A program made the position numbers and the translations under genes. Positions 7,739 to 15,268 of a stretch of DNA of 21,078 nucleotides are shown here, piece by piece (position 1 is the stretch's first letter; each line of letters begins with the position of its first letter). The stretch is from the IMG/VR virus record IMGVR_UViG_3300021197_001731. One strand, 5' to 3'. The notes under the pieces are model-generated. The model had not been told where the DNA came from and searched no databases. It saw only the letters and a program-made list of their open reading frames with translations. This stretch comes from an uncultured virus (IMG/VR IMGVR_UViG_3300021197_001731) (lineage: Duplodnaviria; Heunggongvirae; Uroviricota; Caudoviricetes).

Positions 7739-10354
7739 ATGGCTAAGTTAGATTTTCCTGATGCTTCTTACTCTCCTTGGGTTGCTCCAAACAATGTAAT
7801 CTATACATACATTGGAACATCACCAAATGGGTACTGGGAAGCTAACACTGCCAATGCCGCAACAAACCTAACTGCTGTCTTTGTAGAACGCACAGGCAGC
7901 ATAATGACTGGTGCATTGAAGTTAGATAATGCTGGCAGTGTATCTCTGCCTGATATAAGTTTTGACGGTGATGTTAATACTGGTCTGTATTCCCCCGGTG
8001 CTGATTCATTAGCAATTACAACTGCTGGGACGCAGCGCGTTGTTGTTGACAGCTCGGGAAATGTTGGTATTGGAACTACAAGCCCTGTATCTACTGGGGC
8101 TAATTATGGATCATTAGATATTAATGGTTCTGATGGAGGCGAGCTTTATTTATCAGACAGTGGAACAGCTAAAGGTAATTTATTTAATTATTCCGCTGAT
8201 TCTAATTTAATAGGACTTGCTGCGGTAAACGCATCTGGACAACTTTTATTTAGCACAGGTGGTTACAACGAGCGCCTACGAATTGACAGCTCGGGCAGAG
8301 TAGGGATTGGCACTACGAGTCCTGACGCTAAACTAAGCATAACTGGAGCATACAATCAAGATGGATTGAAAGTATTGTCAGGCGGTGCTAGCTATCAATC
8401 GCCGTTAATTGTTGGTCCTGCAAGCGGTGGTGAGTACATGCGAGTTGACGGCTCGGGCAATGTTGGGATTGGAACGGCGACACCCCTTTCAAAACTAAAT
8501 GTTAAGGGGACACAAGGAAACTGGCGTGTTGACCCAGACTCTGTTTCAAATGAAATTCAAATCCTTTCAACTAACGCAGCTAATTCAGGTTTCTTAAGCT
8601 TTAGATTGCGTGCTAATGACACCATCTTTGAAAATGGTGGCAGCGAGCGGATGCGAATCGACAGCTCGGGAAATGTATTTATCGGTGGCTCGACGGCTTC
8701 GAGTGCAGATATTGCGCTGAATGCCAATGGCAGTGCGAGTTTTAAAGGAACAATTTCCGCATCAGGGCAGAACACCATAAATGAAGCGAGCGCACTAAAG
8801 TTCAGCCAAGAAACTAACGTCAAATCTCAAATCAGGGCTTACGGTCCAGATGCTTCTACGAATGGAAGTCTTGAATTTAAAATTAGTCCTACCAGCGGAA
8901 CAGCTTTAACACCGCTGACCTTAAACAGTGACGGTAGCGCCACATTTGCGGGTGGCTCTTTCACTATTGCAAGTGACGGTGATATTACTACAAACATTAG
9001 AGGTCATGGTCATATAGAACTTGATTCTACCGGATCTTTTGGTAGTCCTAAGATAAAACTATTTTCTAACACGGGCAATGCCGAGTTTGCTGGCACTGTT
9101 ACCACAGGCGGAACTATAAATGCTGCCAACACCTCAGCAGCGGGTAATGCTATTATTATTGGAAATAGTAATCAAATAGTTTTACAAGCCAACGGCAGCG
9201 CGAGCTTCACCTCTGGGGTGAAAATGTTCCGCACCGCTGGAGATAGTTCCACGCGCATTAATATTGGTGAAAGCGATACTCTGGCTGTCTGGCAAAACGA
9301 TGGCAACTTCAGTATTGGATACGATGGCACCGCGAGGTTTGGTGCTACGAGTGTCGGACATACTGATTTAAACAAAAACAGTGTTTCAATTTACCCTGAG
9401 CAAAATGCTCCTGCAGCTACTCCAATTATTAGCAGTTATGACTCTACTTGGAGTACGCCGACCTTCCAGTTAACAGCTTCAGGCAGTGGGACTTTTAGGG
9501 GTGACCAATCTATTGAAAATAGTAGTTACATAAGAGTTAGAAAAGCTGGCGACAACACGTCAACGGCAATTCAGTTAGCACCTGACGGCAGCGCGAGCTT
9601 TGCTGGTGATGTTCAGGTGGCAGATACTAAAATTCGTTTAGTGACTAGCTCTAATAATGGTCTGATTAGAGTTCTTAATTCGTCTCTGGTTGATACGATA
9701 TTTCTCGCTGGTTCAGATGGCAGCGCGACTTTTGGAACCGGATATAAAGTTAAAATTAGACCTTATGACGGAGATAGCGCAAATCAATTCTGGACACAGA
9801 AAACTAATGGAACCATATCTTCCTATATAACAGGTGCAGGCAGCGCGAGTTTTGCTGGCACCGTCTCAGCTCAAGGTTCAGTCCTTACTTCGGATCAACG
9901 CTTTAAAGAAAACATCACTGATGCAAACCCACAGCTTGCTGATGTAACTGCTTTAGGAAATAAACTACGTAACTGGGATTGGACTGCTGATGCACCTGTT
10001 GCAGATAAAGATACACGCTTCCTTGGCCTTGTTGCACAAGAAGCTGAAACTGTTTGCCCTGGTATTGTCACAACGATTGCTCGTACAAAAGATGGCGCTG
10101 AACTAACGCCCGAAGTTGTCGTGCCTGCTGTATATGAAACAAGAACAGTCCCTGCCGTACTTGATGAAGAAGGCGAAGTAGTTGAAGCTGAAACTACTGA
10201 ACAAGTTCTCGTTACTGAAGAACAAGTTACACCAGCTACTTACGAACAACTGGACGATTCCTACAAAGGAATTAAAAACGATATTCTTATTATGAAACTG
10301 CTTGGTGCAGTAGCTGAACTTTCAGCCAAAGTTGCGGCTCTTGAAGCTGGTTGA
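7739..10354 (+). CDS. long tail fibre 2 with two repeat families and C-terminal intramolecular chaperone (peptidase S74)
   Basis: Four ERMRIDSSG-type junctions, then nine (D/N)GSA(S/T)F repeats. TSDQRFKENI and GLVAQE chaperone motifs, C-terminal coiled coil. Confidence 0.9.
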   Translation: MAKLDFPDASYSPWVAPNNVIYTYIGTSPNGYWEANTANAATNLTAVFVERTGSIMTGALKLDNAGSVSLPDISFDGDVNTGLYSPGADSLAITTAGTQRVVVDSSGNVGIGTTSPVSTGANYGSLDINGSDGGELYLSDSGTAKGNLFNYSADSNLIGLAAVNASGQLLFSTGGYNERLRIDSSGRVGIGTTSPDAKLSITGAYNQDGLKVLSGGASYQSPLIVGPASGGEYMRVDGSGNVGIGTATPLSKLNVKGTQGNWRVDPDSVSNEIQILSTNAANSGFLSFRLRANDTIFENGGSERMRIDSSGNVFIGGSTASSADIALNANGSASFKGTISASGQNTINEASALKFSQETNVKSQIRAYGPDASTNGSLEFKISPTSGTALTPLTLNSDGSATFAGGSFTIASDGDITTNIRGHGHIELDSTGSFGSPKIKLFSNTGNAEFAGTVTTGGTINAANTSAAGNAIIIGNSNQIVLQANGSASFTSGVKMFRTAGDSSTRINIGESDTLAVWQNDGNFSIGYDGTARFGATSVGHTDLNKNSVSIYPEQNAPAATPIISSYDSTWSTPTFQLTASGSGTFRGDQSIENSSYIRVRKAGDNTSTAIQLAPDGSASFAGDVQVADTKIRLVTSSNNGLIRVLNSSLVDTIFLAGSDGSATFGTGYKVKIRPYDGDSANQFWTQKTNGTISSYITGAGSASFAGTVSAQGSVLTSDQRFKENITDANPQLADVTALGNKLRNWDWTADAPVADKDTRFLGLVAQEAETVCPGIVTTIARTKDGAELTPEVVVPAVYETRTVPAVLDEEGEVVEAETTEQVLVTEEQVTPATYEQLDDSYKGIKNDILIMKLLGAVAELSAKVAALEAG
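8729..9853 (+). repeat. second junction repeat family GGCAGCGCGAGYTTT (GSASF), 9 copies
   Basis: Copies at 8729, 8933, 9074, 9194, 9326, 9482, 9587, 9719 and 9839, some degenerate. Confidence 0.85.
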
Positions 10355-10361
10355 CAGTAAA

Positions 10362-10386
10362 CCGCCCCATGGCAACGTGGGGCTTT
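10362..10386 (+). terminator. hairpin/terminator between convergent fibre 2 and endolysin genes (copy 2 of the 20-bp repeat)
   Basis: GCCCCAT-GGCAAC-GTGGGGC followed by TTT. Confidence 0.6.
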
Positions 10387-10390
10387 GCAG

Positions 10391-11098
10391 TTAAACCATA
10401 TATTGCTTACAGATTTTGTACTTCGCAAATCTGTCGTTGTATCCGTTCCATCCACCATTAATTCGATAACAGCAGGCATCAAAGCCTTCTGTAAGACATA
10501 TATTCAATAGATCATTCTCTTCAATCCAGATGCGTGCTGATGTGAATGGATAGGTAGTAGACACATAGTCAACACCTTCCATAACCTTGGGATCGTTAAT
10601 ACCTTCAGCTAGACGAGAGTAGTTATATTTTCCAGTCAGCTGAAGTACACCGGCACCTTTCCAAATTTCTCCCTCGTCTGGGCCATGTCCTAAGTCAGTC
10701 CTACCACGCAAGTACATACCGTCTGAAATCTCTTTCATATAAACAAAGTTGCACGTTTCATGCATCATGTTCGCCATGAGCATTTGTGCTGCATCAATAT
10801 GTTCTGCAAACCCTGTATCAGCATACAAGCGATTGCAATCATCGATAAAGACTTTATCAAAAGCAGATGATGGATAGCCAGTCAACTGCTCCATCATCAG
10901 TGGTGTCACCAGTTTTTTAAACTTCTTGATGTCAGCTGTTTTTCTATACGTCTTTACCCAGTCCGCATCTTCGTTTAACTGATCGGAGTTACATCTCTGC
11001 AAGCCCTGATATAGCTCTTCTACAGCTGCTTCTTGATGAGACTCCCCTGCGTAATACTTAAAAAAATTCTTGAAGGATTCTATTGATAAGGCACTCAT
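10391..11098 (-). CDS. glycoside hydrolase family 19 (chitinase-like) endolysin
   Basis: HET..F.YMKEI, KGAGVLQLTGKYNY and RINGGWNGYNDR are GH19 motifs. An N-terminal FFKYY...HQ.AAV.EL...WV.TYR domain precedes them. Confidence 0.88.
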   Translation of the reverse strand: MSALSIESFKNFFKYYAGESHQEAAVEELYQGLQRCNSDQLNEDADWVKTYRKTADIKKFKKLVTPLMMEQLTGYPSSAFDKVFIDDCNRLYADTGFAEHIDAAQMLMANMMHETCNFVYMKEISDGMYLRGRTDLGHGPDEGEIWKGAGVLQLTGKYNYSRLAEGINDPKVMEGVDYVSTTYPFTSARIWIEENDLLNICLTEGFDACCYRINGGWNGYNDRFAKYKICKQYMV

Positions 11099-11163
11099 AA
11101 GAACTTATATTCATCACTGTTAATTCTAACTAGTAAAATATAATTAGTCTCATTATTATATGT

Positions 11164-11442
11164 ATGACAATTAAAGAACGTGCAGCATTTTGGGAGGCCA
11201 TCGAAAGTGGCAATAGTCCCCTCTTATCAGTCATGCACACACTTGTAGAGAAGTGGGGATTACCTGCGATTATTATGTGTCTTGGTGATATCGGAAATGT
11301 ATTATCAGAAGATGCAGAAACTGCAGCTGACCTTTCACCAAATCAACGTGGTTTAATTCTTGGTGCATGTGCACAAGTATGCAATTTGAGTGATCAAATG
11401 CATGCGGAAATGGATCACTTATCGGCTACTGAAAATGGATAA
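11164..11442 (+). CDS. hypothetical protein
   Basis: 92-aa ORF with TAAAAT 24 nt upstream. Confidence 0.65.
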   Translation: MTIKERAAFWEAIESGNSPLLSVMHTLVEKWGLPAIIMCLGDIGNVLSEDAETAADLSPNQRGLILGACAQVCNLSDQMHAEMDHLSATENG

Positions 11443-11563
11443 ACAAGAAAAAGAGAACTGGCAAAAAATCAAACAAGCTTTAGAAGAAGCCGATAAAAAA
11501 GATTCCTACTTCTACAAAAGAGCAGTCGCCATCTGTGATGGTAAATCAGATCCGTTAAAATAG
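11435..11563 (+). CDS. small hypothetical cyanophage-type protein (not in ORF track)
   Basis: MDKQEKENWQKIKQALEEADKKDSYFYKRAVAICDGKSDPLK, 42 aa. Overlaps the upstream stop and fills the gap. Confidence 0.7.
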   Translation: MDKQEKENWQKIKQALEEADKKDSYFYKRAVAICDGKSDPLK

Positions 11564-11585
11564 TTAATGTATCCGCTTATATTAC

Positions 11586-11882
11586 ATGGCTAATAGAGCT
11601 GGAGCAAAGTGCAAAGCATGTGCTCATAAAAAAAGCAAAAAGAAAGGTTCTATGAAAGGTATGACCGTCAAAGGCGGACATAAACTTTCAGTCAAGCGTG
11701 GTGCTGGTTTAACTGCTAAAGGCCGAGCCTCTATTAACAGAAGAACTGGTAGCAATTTAAAAGCTCCCGCTCCTAATCCAAAGACCAAGAAAGATGCAGC
11801 ACGGCGTAAGTCGTTCTGTGCTCGTTCCCGTGGCTGGAAAGGTGAACGTGGTCTAGCAGCACGTCGTCGTTGGAAGTGCTGA
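11586..11882 (+). CDS. basic phage protein (DUF6321-like)
   Basis: K/R-rich, with GLTAKGR...TGSNLKAP...RRKSFCAR...RRRWKC motif. Confidence 0.7.
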   Translation: MANRAGAKCKACAHKKSKKKGSMKGMTVKGGHKLSVKRGAGLTAKGRASINRRTGSNLKAPAPNPKTKKDAARRKSFCARSRGWKGERGLAARRRWKC

Positions 11883-12037
11883 TGGATAACGATTTTCCAA
11901 CACGTATGGCAGGTCAAGCGCTACAGCCTTATGTCAATACAGGTGAAGGTTGCGCAAAAATGCCAGCAAAATATCCTGCCAAACCACGGGGTGGCATGAG
12001 TCACGGACCGGCATTACTAGGACAGAAAAATGGCTAA
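11882..12037 (+). CDS. small hypothetical protein (not in ORF track)
   Basis: MDNDFPTRMAGQALQPYVNTG...GQKNG, 51 aa. TGATG coupling upstream and overlap with the next ATG. Confidence 0.6.
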   Translation: MDNDFPTRMAGQALQPYVNTGEGCAKMPAKYPAKPRGGMSHGPALLGQKNG

Positions 12038-12401
12038 AGGTATTGCAACGAAAAAAGATCCTAAGAAATGGGCTGCAGCTAAAGCAAAAGCTAAGGCACG
12101 TATGGGTGGCAAGCACAGTGCACGTGCTATGCAACTAGCAACTAAGTACTACAAAGCTGCAGGCGGTAAGTACGAGGGGAAGAAACCATCAGCAAAAAAT
12201 AATAAGATGAAAAAATGGACTAAAGAAGATTGGGGTACACGTTCAGGTAAAAATAGTACTGAGGGAAGTAAAGCTACAGGTGAACGTTATTTGCCTAAGA
12301 AGAAGCGCGATGCTATGTCAGCTCAGGATTACAAGAAAACCAGTGATAAAAAACGTCGTGATACTGCACAAGGAAAACAATATAGTCAGCAGCCTAAGTA
12401 G
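12030..12401 (+). CDS. basic phage protein (DUF5872-like)
   Basis: SARAMQLA...YK..GG.Y, KWTKEDWGT.SGK and GERYLPKK motifs. Confidence 0.7.
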   Translation: MAKGIATKKDPKKWAAAKAKAKARMGGKHSARAMQLATKYYKAAGGKYEGKKPSAKNNKMKKWTKEDWGTRSGKNSTEGSKATGERYLPKKKRDAMSAQDYKKTSDKKRRDTAQGKQYSQQPK

Positions 12402-12430
12402 TTAAACTATTAGTACTTACAGTAATAACT

Positions 12431-12610
12431 ATGGATAGACGTAAAAAAGGTAAGCGGATTAGCCTCAATAATAATATTCCCGGACTGCCTGGTAATGAAC
12501 CATTTAATCCCACAAATGGTGCAGGCCCTGGACGTCTTGACCCACGATCAGCTGGACATGATGGTCAAGCTTATATAGATCGCAATCGCTTTTATCAAAA
12601 CGGTCATTAG
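12431..12610 (+). CDS. small hypothetical protein (not in ORF track)
   Basis: MDRRKKGKRISLNNNIPGLPGNEP...YQNGH, 59 aa, with TAAACT 22 nt upstream. Confidence 0.6.
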   Translation: MDRRKKGKRISLNNNIPGLPGNEPFNPTNGAGPGRLDPRSAGHDGQAYIDRNRFYQNGH

Positions 12611-12906
12611 TGAAAACCTTATATCTATATAGAAGTGGTAATAACACCTGTGTATCCCACGACAGCTATATCCAAATGGGTGCGATGTCCCATTCAATTG
12701 AACATCACATCAAACTGAACCCGACGATCAACTGGGTAGAAACCTACTGGCTGCCTGATGTTTTTATGCATCGTTATAAACGTGCAACTTTTCAAGCCCA
12801 TGAACGGGTGTCGGGTGGGAAAAGCAGCATCGAATCTCGGCCCCGTGATTTTCCAGATGAAGGGGCATCAAGAGGTTTACTGAGTGGTAAGCCTGTGGGA
12901 GATTAA
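12610..12906 (+). CDS. hypothetical protein
   Basis: 98 aa. GTG start overlaps the upstream TAG. Confidence 0.55.
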   Translation: MKTLYLYRSGNNTCVSHDSYIQMGAMSHSIEHHIKLNPTINWVETYWLPDVFMHRYKRATFQAHERVSGGKSSIESRPRDFPDEGASRGLLSGKPVGD

Positions 12907-12960
12907 CATAGATCGTACTTTTTGTTCGTTAAAATAGTTATATTGTCGAGGATAAAGTTA

Positions 12961-14013
12961 ATGCTTAACAATGAAAATAAAAGACTAGGCTATACAGAAG
13001 TTTATTACAACTATAAAGCTGACAAATTTTTTACAGAAGACTTTGGCAATCAGTTTAAAGAATTAAATATTACGTTATCCGGTGGTGGTGGTGGTGGTGG
13101 CATTCAGGCTGGAGATAATATTAGTCAACTTACAAACGACGCAAACTATGTTGTTTCAGGGGCAAATATTAGTACTTTAGTAAATAATGTAGGATATTTA
13201 ACGTCTTACAGTATCCCATCAGCAGCCAGCCTACCAACTACAAATTTAAGCTTTGGCAATCTTGCTGCTTTATCTACAGATAACAATCCATATTTTTATG
13301 ATGGTACAGCTTGGAGAAGGATCTTTTTAGCAGATATTCCACCTCAAGCAGGAGATCCTGATACTGATTGGGATAAAGTTATTCTGCGAGTACCTTTTAA
13401 TACAAATACTACTGATGTTAAAAGTAATATTGGAACTAGTGTAAGTGGTACCAGCGCAGTTATTACTGGCAGTCCGAGGAAGTTTGGAGCTGGTGCACTA
13501 AAAGTACAAGGTTCTAGTTACATTTATTACAGCGGCACAAGTTCAGGTGTTGGTGCATTTTTAGATAACGATTTTACAATAGAATTCTGGCTCTATATAG
13601 ATTCATTCAATCCTCAAAACCAAGACACGGGTATATTACGTAAAGGCAATACTTATTTCTATTTTGATTACGCTGGATTTAATCAGATGATCTTTAAAAT
13701 AAAATTAGCTAATACATTTGACCCCGATCTTAGCTTTAACACCGTACAAAACATGACAACTGGCGGTTGGCATCATATTGCTTATTGTAGAAATGCTACG
13801 TCTGGTTTGTGTCAATTATTTGTTGATGGTACTTCAGAAGGAACCGTTAATCTTAACAACATGGTCGATGCAGTTGGTGATAATTTATACATTGGTGATC
13901 TACAAGGTTCTTCAGCAGATATGTATATGGATGATTTAAGAATATCTAATTTTGAACGTTATACATCTGGTTTCACAGCGCCAACAGCAGAGTTGCCAAC
14001 AAGTGGCAGTTAA
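12961..14013 (+). CDS. virion protein with C-terminal LamG/concanavalin-A-like domain
   Basis: DFTIEFW, WHHIAY.R, LFVDG and YMDDLRIS...RYT..FTAPT motifs; Gly7 linker. ATG 12961 is 25 nt after TAAAAT. Confidence 0.8.
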   Translation: MLNNENKRLGYTEVYYNYKADKFFTEDFGNQFKELNITLSGGGGGGGIQAGDNISQLTNDANYVVSGANISTLVNNVGYLTSYSIPSAASLPTTNLSFGNLAALSTDNNPYFYDGTAWRRIFLADIPPQAGDPDTDWDKVILRVPFNTNTTDVKSNIGTSVSGTSAVITGSPRKFGAGALKVQGSSYIYYSGTSSGVGAFLDNDFTIEFWLYIDSFNPQNQDTGILRKGNTYFYFDYAGFNQMIFKIKLANTFDPDLSFNTVQNMTTGGWHHIAYCRNATSGLCQLFVDGTSEGTVNLNNMVDAVGDNLYIGDLQGSSADMYMDDLRISNFERYTSGFTAPTAELPTSGS

Positions 14014-14067
14014 AACAGAAGGTGCTTTTAGGGGACTTTTGACCAGAAGCTGATATACTGAGAACCC

Positions 14068-14190
14068 GCGTCAATACTGAGTAGTTACCACTAAACTACG
14101 CCCGCAAAGGCGACTCCCTAACCTACGGGAGTTCAGGAATTGTGGCAACCCCACAAATACTGATGGTTATAGGTAGACAGGTATTGGCGT
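14068..14190 (+). ncRNA. candidate multibranch structured RNA/ssDNA element upstream of the recombinase
   Basis: A closing helix (14068-79 with 14178-90) encloses four hairpins. TATACT at 14054-59 lies just upstream. Structure assigned by eye. Confidence 0.5.
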
Positions 14191-14205
14191 TCCTTATATA
14201 ACCTC

Positions 14206-14976
14206 ATGTACACAGTCGGAAAGCTTCGGGACTATTCAGCTCCTTACGCAGGCATCACAGACAGCACCTACCGAATGTGGGAAATCACATCACGGCGAAT
14301 GGCTGACCAACCAGTTGTTGCGATTACTTCGCAAGTAGCTGACCTTTACTACAAGTCAGCACTCAAGGACTGGGCAAAGTCAACACTGAAAACTCGGTTG
14401 GGTTACCTGAGTTCTATGTGGAACATCGGTATCAGCAAGGGCATCATCCCAAGTTTTAACCCTTGGGCAAAGATGGGTAGCAAATTGGAATACTCCAAGA
14501 AGCATTACGCCCCTAAAAATTTTGAAGCATTTTCTGCCTTTCACGAGGACCCTATCTTTAATGGTCTCTGGTGGCACGGCTTCAGAGTTAATGAACTAGC
14601 AGGAGTACAGCCAGGAGACTTTGTGCTTGACACAGATGTTCCTTACATTCACGTTTACGAAAATAATGTAAGAGGACTTAAGAACAGATACAGTGCAAGG
14701 ATGGTGCCTATTCATCCTGAGTTTGCTCCCTATGTAAACCATTGGGAATACACAAGCAACCCTAAAGCAGGCGATAACTGGAGCCGTAGATTCAAGGCTC
14801 ACACCGGCACATCCGCTCACGGCTTACGGCATATGTTTATCAACCGAATGCGGAAAGCAGGCATTGAATACAGCATTGCTATGAAAATAGTAGGACACAA
14901 ATGTCAAGGGCAAACAGGTGATTATGGTGACATTGAACTAATAGATATGCTGAACGAGCTACAGAAACTACGCTAA
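14206..14976 (+). CDS. tyrosine recombinase (core-binding + catalytic domains, no arm-binding domain)
   Basis: Catalytic set intact: GFRVNEL (R), LKN (K), HGLRH (HxxR), VGH (H), TGDYG (Y). 256 aa. Confidence 0.9.
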   Translation: MYTVGKLRDYSAPYAGITDSTYRMWEITSRRMADQPVVAITSQVADLYYKSALKDWAKSTLKTRLGYLSSMWNIGISKGIIPSFNPWAKMGSKLEYSKKHYAPKNFEAFSAFHEDPIFNGLWWHGFRVNELAGVQPGDFVLDTDVPYIHVYENNVRGLKNRYSARMVPIHPEFAPYVNHWEYTSNPKAGDNWSRRFKAHTGTSAHGLRHMFINRMRKAGIEYSIAMKIVGHKCQGQTGDYGDIELIDMLNELQKLR

Positions 14977-15080
14977 CTACCGTAGTTTTCTATATACCTG
15001 CTTTTAATCCCCTGTGGCCTCTGCGCTATAGGGGTATTTTTTTATCAGTATATAGATAGCAGCGTAGTTAGCGTAGCTTC
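14964..15080. repeat. nested inverted repeats / putative recombination sites
   Basis: CTACGCTAACTAC (14968-80) pairs with GTAGTTAGCGTAG (15064-76). TCTATATAC (14989-97) pairs with GTATATAGA (15048-56). Local IR: AAACTACG-N8-CGTAGTTT. Confidence 0.85.
15009..15043 (+). terminator. intrinsic terminator after the recombinase
   Basis: CCCCTGTGGC/GCTATAGGGG stem (with G-U pairs) followed by TATTTTTTT. Confidence 0.75.
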
Positions 15081-15127
15081 GATAATAAATAGTTAGAATA
15101 TATTTAGTTAAGTAAAATCGGACAATT

Positions 15128-15268
15128 ATGGCTATCCTAGAATCGGCTATTTTCTGGATCGTACTTGCTGCTGCAAGTGAAATCATTGCATTGACCCCAC
15201 TTAAGTCAAACAGCATGATTCAGCTTGTCTTGTCGGCGCTGAATTCGTTAAAGCCAAAAAAAAGTTGA
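15128..15268 (+). CDS. small membrane protein, holin-like (not in ORF track)
   Basis: MAILESAIFWIVLAAASEIIALTPLKSNSMIQLVLSALNSLKPKKS: hydrophobic N-terminal helix, amphipathic helix, basic tail. Confidence 0.65.
   Translation: MAILESAIFWIVLAAASEIIALTPLKSNSMIQLVLSALNSLKPKKS

Larger units (their letters stand above)
4311..8670 (+). repeat. 14 dispersed in-frame palindromic junction repeats, consensus (CC)GAGCGGATGCGAATCGACAGCTCGGG
   Basis: Copies start at 4311, 4632, 4881, 5112, 5412, 5622, 5838, 6063, 6312, 6504 (fibre 1) and 8033, 8270, 8432, 8645 (fibre 2). Confidence 0.95.

Noticed and set aside
4275..8058. Diversity-generating retroelement TR/VR pair
   Set aside because: Mismatches between the 62-nt copies are not adenine-specific, both copies are mid-gene, and there is no reverse transcriptase in the window.
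13081..13101. (GGT)6 microsatellite as a phase-variation tract
   Set aside because: The triplet unit keeps the frame; it is a simple glycine linker.
14133..14170. Hammerhead ribozyme or c-di-GMP-I riboswitch
   Set aside because: CTGATGG is not CUGANGA and no correctly placed GAAA exists. The GCAAA segment lacks the rest of the c-di-GMP-I consensus.
14014..14205. tRNA or tRNA-derived attP
   Set aside because: No GTTCRA T-loop and no tRNA-sized cloverleaf. No tRNA was recognised anywhere in the window.
14206..15080. Protelomerase with tel site
   Set aside because: The protein is short with a standard R-K-HxxR-H-Y set, and the palindrome is interrupted rather than a perfect dyad.
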